Shown here: positions 59,494 through 64,000 of the stretch, one piece after another
How the letters are laid out: each line of letters opens with the position of its first letter
Position numbering within the stretch: position 1 is the first letter of the stretch
DNA from: Candidatus Fermentibacterota bacterium
GTDB taxonomy: Bacteria; Fermentibacterota; Fermentibacteria; Fermentibacterales; Fermentibacteraceae
NCBI GenBank assembly: GCA_963718745.1
Contig: OY970370.1
Span: forward strand, 1,547,566-1,611,565
DNA: 64,000 nt
Direction of reading: 5' to 3'
Translations under genes and position numbers: made by a program
Notes under the pieces: generated by a model
Databases searched by the model: none
The model's input: only the letters and a program-made list of their open reading frames with translations
What the model was told of the DNA's origin: nothing

Positions 59494-60272
59494 CCTCCGG
59501 GACCTTCGCCGGCAGGCTTCTCAAGCACGTCCTCCTGGTCGCCGGGAGCCTGGTGATGCTTCTGCCCTTCGTCTGGATGGTCGCGACCTCGCTCGAACAG
59601 GGCGGTTTCCAGAACTACGTCGACGCGTGGACCGAGGTGCCGTTCGGCAGGTATCTGATCAACACGCTGATCGTGACTTCCCTCACGGTGCTCGGCGTGC
59701 TGGTGACCTCCGCCCTCGCCGCATACTCCTTCGCGACGATGGAGTACCGCGGGCGCAACTTCCTGTTCCTGCTCTTCCTCTCCACCATGATGGTCCCCCA
59801 GCCGGTGTACCTCGCGCCCTCCTACGTGATACTCGCCAGGATGGGCTGGATAGACACCTTCGCCGCCCTGATAGTGCCCTGGACCGCCAACGTATTCAGC
59901 GTCTTCCTCCTCCGGCAGCACTTCAGGACCCTCCCGAAATCCCTCTACGAGGCGGCCACGCTGGACGGCTGCAGCAGGTTCGGCTACCTCTGGAGGATCG
60001 CCCTGCCCCTCTCCCGGTCCGTGATCGTCACGGTGGTCCTGTTCGACATCATCGGCAGCTGGAACAGCTTCATGTGGCCCCTCGTGGTTACAAACTCCGA
60101 GAACATGCGGGTGCTCCAGGTCGGTCTCTCGTATTTCAACCAGGAGCAGGCCAGCAACTTCCCGATGCTTATGGCCGCCTCGACCTTCTGCACCGTCCCG
60201 CTGCTCGTCCTGTTCGTGCTGGCGCAGAAGCAGATCGTATCGAGCTACTCCCGCTCGGGACTGAAGGATTGA
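59490..60272 (+). CDS. sugar ABC transporter permease (MalG/UgpE-like)
   Basis: ATGA overlap with the previous gene; EAA-loop YEAATLDGCSRFGYLWRIALPL. Confidence 0.85.
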   Translation: MTSGTFAGRLLKHVLLVAGSLVMLLPFVWMVATSLEQGGFQNYVDAWTEVPFGRYLINTLIVTSLTVLGVLVTSALAAYSFATMEYRGRNFLFLLFLSTMMVPQPVYLAPSYVILARMGWIDTFAALIVPWTANVFSVFLLRQHFRTLPKSLYEAATLDGCSRFGYLWRIALPLSRSVIVTVVLFDIIGSWNSFMWPLVVTNSENMRVLQVGLSYFNQEQASNFPMLMAASTFCTVPLLVLFVLAQKQIVSSYSRSGLKD

Positions 60273-60742
60273 TGAGGGCATTCCTGCTCTGCTTCGTGCT
60301 GGCGTCTGTCTGCTCCGCCGCGGGGGTCATGGAGGAGGGGCTGAGGTTCCTGAACAGGCTGGCCTCGATGGGGTACGAGGGCGTCTTCATCATGCCGATG
60401 GAGGTCTCGATCCTCGAGCCCTGCTCCCTGAAGGTCCTCATGAACCCGGACGCCGGAGACGGTTTCTTCATGGCGCTCGGCGGTGCGAACGTCCTCGACC
60501 TCTCCCTCTCGGTGTCGGGGGACGGATGGACGGTGGCCGACTCGTTCCCGGACGATTTCCCCGTGCTGGAACTGACGGCGCCCAGGACTGCTACAGTGAG
60601 TGAGATGATCGTATGTGCAACGGACATGATCAACAACGCCGATCGCGACAGCGTGGTGGTGATGTATGCCATCTCGGTCGTTGACCGTCCGGAGATGGCA
60701 GATGATGTTCCGGCGGAGCAGGATTCAACGGGGGTTCAATAG
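60272..60742 (+). CDS. hypothetical secreted protein
   Basis: Start overlaps the previous stop; signal MRAFLLCFVLASVCSAAG. Confidence 0.5.
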   Translation: MRAFLLCFVLASVCSAAGVMEEGLRFLNRLASMGYEGVFIMPMEVSILEPCSLKVLMNPDAGDGFFMALGGANVLDLSLSVSGDGWTVADSFPDDFPVLELTAPRTATVSEMIVCATDMINNADRDSVVVMYAISVVDRPEMADDVPAEQDSTGVQ

Positions 60743-61666
60743 ATGAAGGCTGTCGTCGTAGCTCTGTCAGTGGTGATCGCCGCCGCAGGCGTCGCTTCCG
60801 CGGCGGACACCGCCGGTTTCGCGTTCCTCAGGATCCCCGTGGGCGCCCGCGCAACCGCCATGGGCGGCGCATTCTGCGCAGTCACGGGCGACCCGCTCTC
60901 GCTCTACTGGAACCCCGCCGCCGCAGCTTCGGTGGAGTCGCAGTCGCTCACCACGAACTACACCGGCTACTTCCTCGACATGCAGGGAGGGTTCGCAGGC
61001 TGGGTGAACCCCGGCGAGAACGACGCCATGGGCGTCTCGGCCAATTACTTCTACGGCGGCAGCTTCGACCGCACCACGATGGAGGACCCGCTGGGCACGG
61101 GCGAGCAGTTCTCGTCCAGCAGCGTAGCCCTTGCCGGCACCTACGCCCGGAACCTCACTTCGACGATAGATGCGGGCATTACTGCCAAGTTCGTCTACTC
61201 GAGCATCGACACGTACAGCGGCAACGCCTTCTTCGTCGACGCGGGCGCCACCTGGCGGCCCGACGTGGAAAGCCCCCTCACCGCAGCGCTCGTTCTCCGG
61301 AATGCAGGCCTCCAGACGAAGGCCTTCTATCGCGAGAACGATCCCGTCCCCACCGAGATCGCCGCGGGTGGCAGCTACATCCTGGCAAGCCCCGACCTCC
61401 TGGTCTCCGCCGAGGCGACCTACCCGCTGAACGGCGACCCGAATGCCGCTCTCGGGATCGAGTACGGCGTCATGGAGATGCTGGACCTCCGCGTGGGCGG
61501 CAACCTCAGGGACATGGACGCCTCGGGCGAGGCTGGCGGTGGCTTCGTGGACGGCATGGCCTTCGGCCTGGGCACCTCGCTGAACCGTTTCGCCCTCGAC
61601 TACTGCTTCAAGCCGTTCGCCGACCTCGGCACCGTTCACAGGATATCTCTGGGCTACATCCTGTGA
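60743..61666 (+). CDS. PorV/PorQ-family-like outer-membrane beta-barrel protein
   Basis: Signal peptide; N-terminal motif FAFLRIPVGARATAMGGAFCAVTGDPLSLYWNPAA; alternating beta-strand pattern; C-terminal aromatic residue. Confidence 0.6.
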   Translation: MKAVVVALSVVIAAAGVASAADTAGFAFLRIPVGARATAMGGAFCAVTGDPLSLYWNPAAAASVESQSLTTNYTGYFLDMQGGFAGWVNPGENDAMGVSANYFYGGSFDRTTMEDPLGTGEQFSSSSVALAGTYARNLTSTIDAGITAKFVYSSIDTYSGNAFFVDAGATWRPDVESPLTAALVLRNAGLQTKAFYRENDPVPTEIAAGGSYILASPDLLVSAEATYPLNGDPNAALGIEYGVMEMLDLRVGGNLRDMDASGEAGGGFVDGMAFGLGTSLNRFALDYCFKPFADLGTVHRISLGYIL

Positions 61667-62022
61667 CCCTTCTCCACAGGCTCCCTGCAGCGACGGCCCT
61701 CCTGGCCGCCGCAGCGGTGACGGCGTTCGGCTGCGGTCCTGAGAGCAGGGCCGAGGGGCGCCAGAGAAGGCTGGACACCTTCAGGCATATCCTGCCGGAC
61801 AGCGTCCTGGCGGCTTTCGACGCGATCGGCTCTCCCGGGGACTGCGGTCCAGTCGCCCGGATGCTCGCGTCGGCCCGTTCCTCGGACCCCTCGCTCGAAG
61901 CGCGGATCGATTCGGTGATGCACGCAGAACTGATCGACAGCTTCAACGACAGCGACATGGTGTACTTCTTCTGGTACTACTTCGCGGATGCCCTCGAGAA
62001 GGGGAGGATCCCCGAGCCCTGA
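61663..62022 (+). CDS. hypothetical lipoprotein
   Basis: GTG start overlapping the previous stop; LLAAAAVTAFGCG lipobox. Confidence 0.5.
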   Translation: MTLLHRLPAATALLAAAAVTAFGCGPESRAEGRQRRLDTFRHILPDSVLAAFDAIGSPGDCGPVARMLASARSSDPSLEARIDSVMHAELIDSFNDSDMVYFFWYYFADALEKGRIPEP

Positions 62023-62076
62023 CCGCCCCGGGCAGGTTGACCGCCAGCGGAAAAACCCTATATTCCGCGCTACGAT

Positions 62077-62153
<77 letters not shown>

Positions 62154-62158
62154 GTCTC

Positions 62159-62193
62159 GCCCCCGGTAGGCCGCAACCGGGGGCTATTCTTTT
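62159..62193 (+). terminator. rho-independent terminator after tRNA-fMet
   Basis: GCCCCCGGT-AGGCCGCA-ACCGGGGGC hairpin followed by TATTCTTTT. Confidence 0.6.
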
Positions 62194-62448
62194 ATGGCAG
62201 GACTTCGTCGACTGCCCCGAGCTATCGGGGTCAGACCCCAGTTAGGTTCATATACTTGTACTGCAACAATATGCCTCTGTATAGTGTCTGAGCCCCGGAT
62301 TGCCAACTGCCGGTTGCAGTATCGGTGCCTGCCACTCGTGGGGGACCTAGTCGCTGACATGACGCCATGATCGAGAAGGCACTGTAGGAACCGGGATACT
62401 CCAGAGCAGTGTTATTGACAAATAGGGCCTCAAGCGTTAATAACGGAC

Positions 62449-63648
62449 TTGGTTATTAACACTTCTGATAACTGGAGGCATGAATGTTGCGGGGATTCGA
62501 CGACGGGGCGTCTTGTCGAGTCTTCCACTGCTGGAGAGACGGTGCGCGCATTCGTGCCCCTGCCCCTGCCCCCTGTGCCCGCGATCGAGATCACGGCCGA
62601 CCGCCAGAGGCTCCTCGAGAAGGCGCTGCTCGCATGTGGCCGGCTCGATGCAATCACGACTCTGCTGCCCGACCCGGATCTCTTTCTCTATGCCTATGTG
62701 CGCAGGGAGGCAGTGCTTTCGAGCCAGATCGAGGGGACGCAGTCCTCTCTCTCCGATCTGTTGCTTTTTGAGATGGAAGAGGCTCCCGGAGCCCCATTCG
62801 ACGATGTCGTAGAAGTCTCGAACTATGTCGCAGCTCTGGAGCACGGGCTCGCGCGTTTGTCGGGGGGGTTCCCCCTGTGCAACCGACTCCTCCGTGAGAT
62901 CCATGCGATCCTTCTCTCACGCGGACGCGGCTCGGACAGGCAGCCTGGCGAGTTCCGCAGAATCCAGAACTGGATCGGGGGTACGCGTCCCGGCAACGCG
63001 CACTTCGTTCCGCCTCCCCCTGGAGAGGTCCAGCGCTGTATGTCCGAGCTGGAGAGCTTCATGAACAGTTCGAGCGAGGCCGGAGCACTGGTCAAGTCCG
63101 CACTGGCACACGTGCAGTTCGAGACAATCCATCCATTCCTCGACGGCAACGGGAGAGTTGGCAGGCTTCTGATCGCCCTTATCCTCAACATCGAAGGAGT
63201 CCTACGCCAACCGCTCCTCTACCTCAGCCTCTACTTCAAGCAGCACCGCGTCGAGTATTACAGGCTGCTCGACACCGTCCGATCCACAGGTGACTGGGAG
63301 GCCTGGCTCGACTTCTATCTCGAGGGCGTCGAGCGGACCGCGACGGGAGCTGTGGAGACCGCTGGCAGGCTACTTGCGCTGTTCCGGGAGGACTCGGAAA
63401 AGATCAGGACTCTTAATCGTGCTGCAGCAAATGTCCAGCTTATCTTCGAGGCTCTTCGGCACCGACCATTAGCCGGGATCGACTACCTTGCGCAGCAGGC
63501 CGGCGTCTCGTACCCGACCGCCGCCCGCGCTGTCGAGTCGCTGGCGCGGCTGGGAATCGTCTCCGAGGTGACAGGCCGCAGACGGAACCGCGTGTATGCC
63601 TACGGCAGGTACGTCTCGATCCTGAGTGAAGGGGTCGAGCCGAGTTGA
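62449..63648 (+). CDS. Fic family protein
   Basis: Fic motif HPFLDGNGRVGR; N-terminal Fic_N-like region; C-terminal wHTH-like segment; the true start may lie slightly downstream of 62449. Confidence 0.85.
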   Translation: MVINTSDNWRHECCGDSTTGRLVESSTAGETVRAFVPLPLPPVPAIEITADRQRLLEKALLACGRLDAITTLLPDPDLFLYAYVRREAVLSSQIEGTQSSLSDLLLFEMEEAPGAPFDDVVEVSNYVAALEHGLARLSGGFPLCNRLLREIHAILLSRGRGSDRQPGEFRRIQNWIGGTRPGNAHFVPPPPGEVQRCMSELESFMNSSSEAGALVKSALAHVQFETIHPFLDGNGRVGRLLIALILNIEGVLRQPLLYLSLYFKQHRVEYYRLLDTVRSTGDWEAWLDFYLEGVERTATGAVETAGRLLALFREDSEKIRTLNRAAANVQLIFEALRHRPLAGIDYLAQQAGVSYPTAARAVESLARLGIVSEVTGRRRNRVYAYGRYVSILSEGVEPS

Positions 63649-64000
63649 CCGCTGAGCAATCCAGTCTCTCGATTGTCACCGGAACCTGTGCCACCGGCCG
63701 ATCGGGTCTGACTCCGATTTGCACCATAGACCGGTACAACAACGACATGACTCTGAAAGTAGTCTGACCCCAACTCCTTATGTGATGGAAGGCTCACAGC
63801 TGAGGCATTGGCCGAAGCCGGCCAGCCGGTTGTTCTACCTTCTACAGGTGACGCCTTACCGACTGGGTGCTATATGGTTGTGGTGGAGCAGGGTGACGCC
63901 GTGTTCACGCAGAAGGTGGTTGTGCTAAGATGACGAAGAGGGTCGGCGCCCGGCAGTTGATACTGGCAGTATTGCTGCCGGGCGCCACCCTGTTTCTTCC

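Noticed and set aside
63930-64000. Partial ORF starting MTKRVGARQLILAVLLPGATLFL at the window edge
   Set aside because: Only 23 codons are visible with a weak RBS; too short to support as a feature, so it is mentioned only in a finding.

Overview
High-GC (~65%) bacterial chromosomal segment, read by eye from the sequence and the ORF track; no searches were run. It is gene-dense on both strands, with about 60 protein-coding genes and 3 tRNAs (Glu-CUC, Ser-GCU, initiator Met-CAU). Housekeeping content includes gltX and glnS next to tRNA-Glu, mnmA, a molybdenum-cofactor operon (mobB-moeA fusion, moaA, moaC, moaB/mogA), an ABC-F ATPase, lexA and hydF. The most notable locus is a six-gene hyf/hyc-like membrane complex (35130..42455, minus strand) whose catalytic large subunit lacks both CxxC nickel-iron-binding motifs, which suggests an Ehr-type hydrogenase-related complex rather than a true hydrogenase. 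The second is a mosaic family of hairpin-rich intergenic repeats (21.7 kb, 25.3 kb, 27.4 kb, 29.2-29.65 kb, 43.4-43.9 kb) that carry copies of the tRNA-Glu 3' end and bracket single cargo genes downstream of tRNA-Glu. Also present are several type IX secretion C-terminal-domain cargo proteins with a PorV/PorQ-like barrel, a methionine-rich periplasmic protein paired with a histidine-tailed EamA transporter, a YefM/YoeB toxin-antitoxin pair, and a Fic protein after tRNA-fMet. Three genes show frame disruptions. Coordinates of sequence-derived motifs may be off by 1-2 nt; CDS coordinates are anchored to the ORF track. Many long ORFs in the track are antisense artefacts of the high GC content and were rejected.
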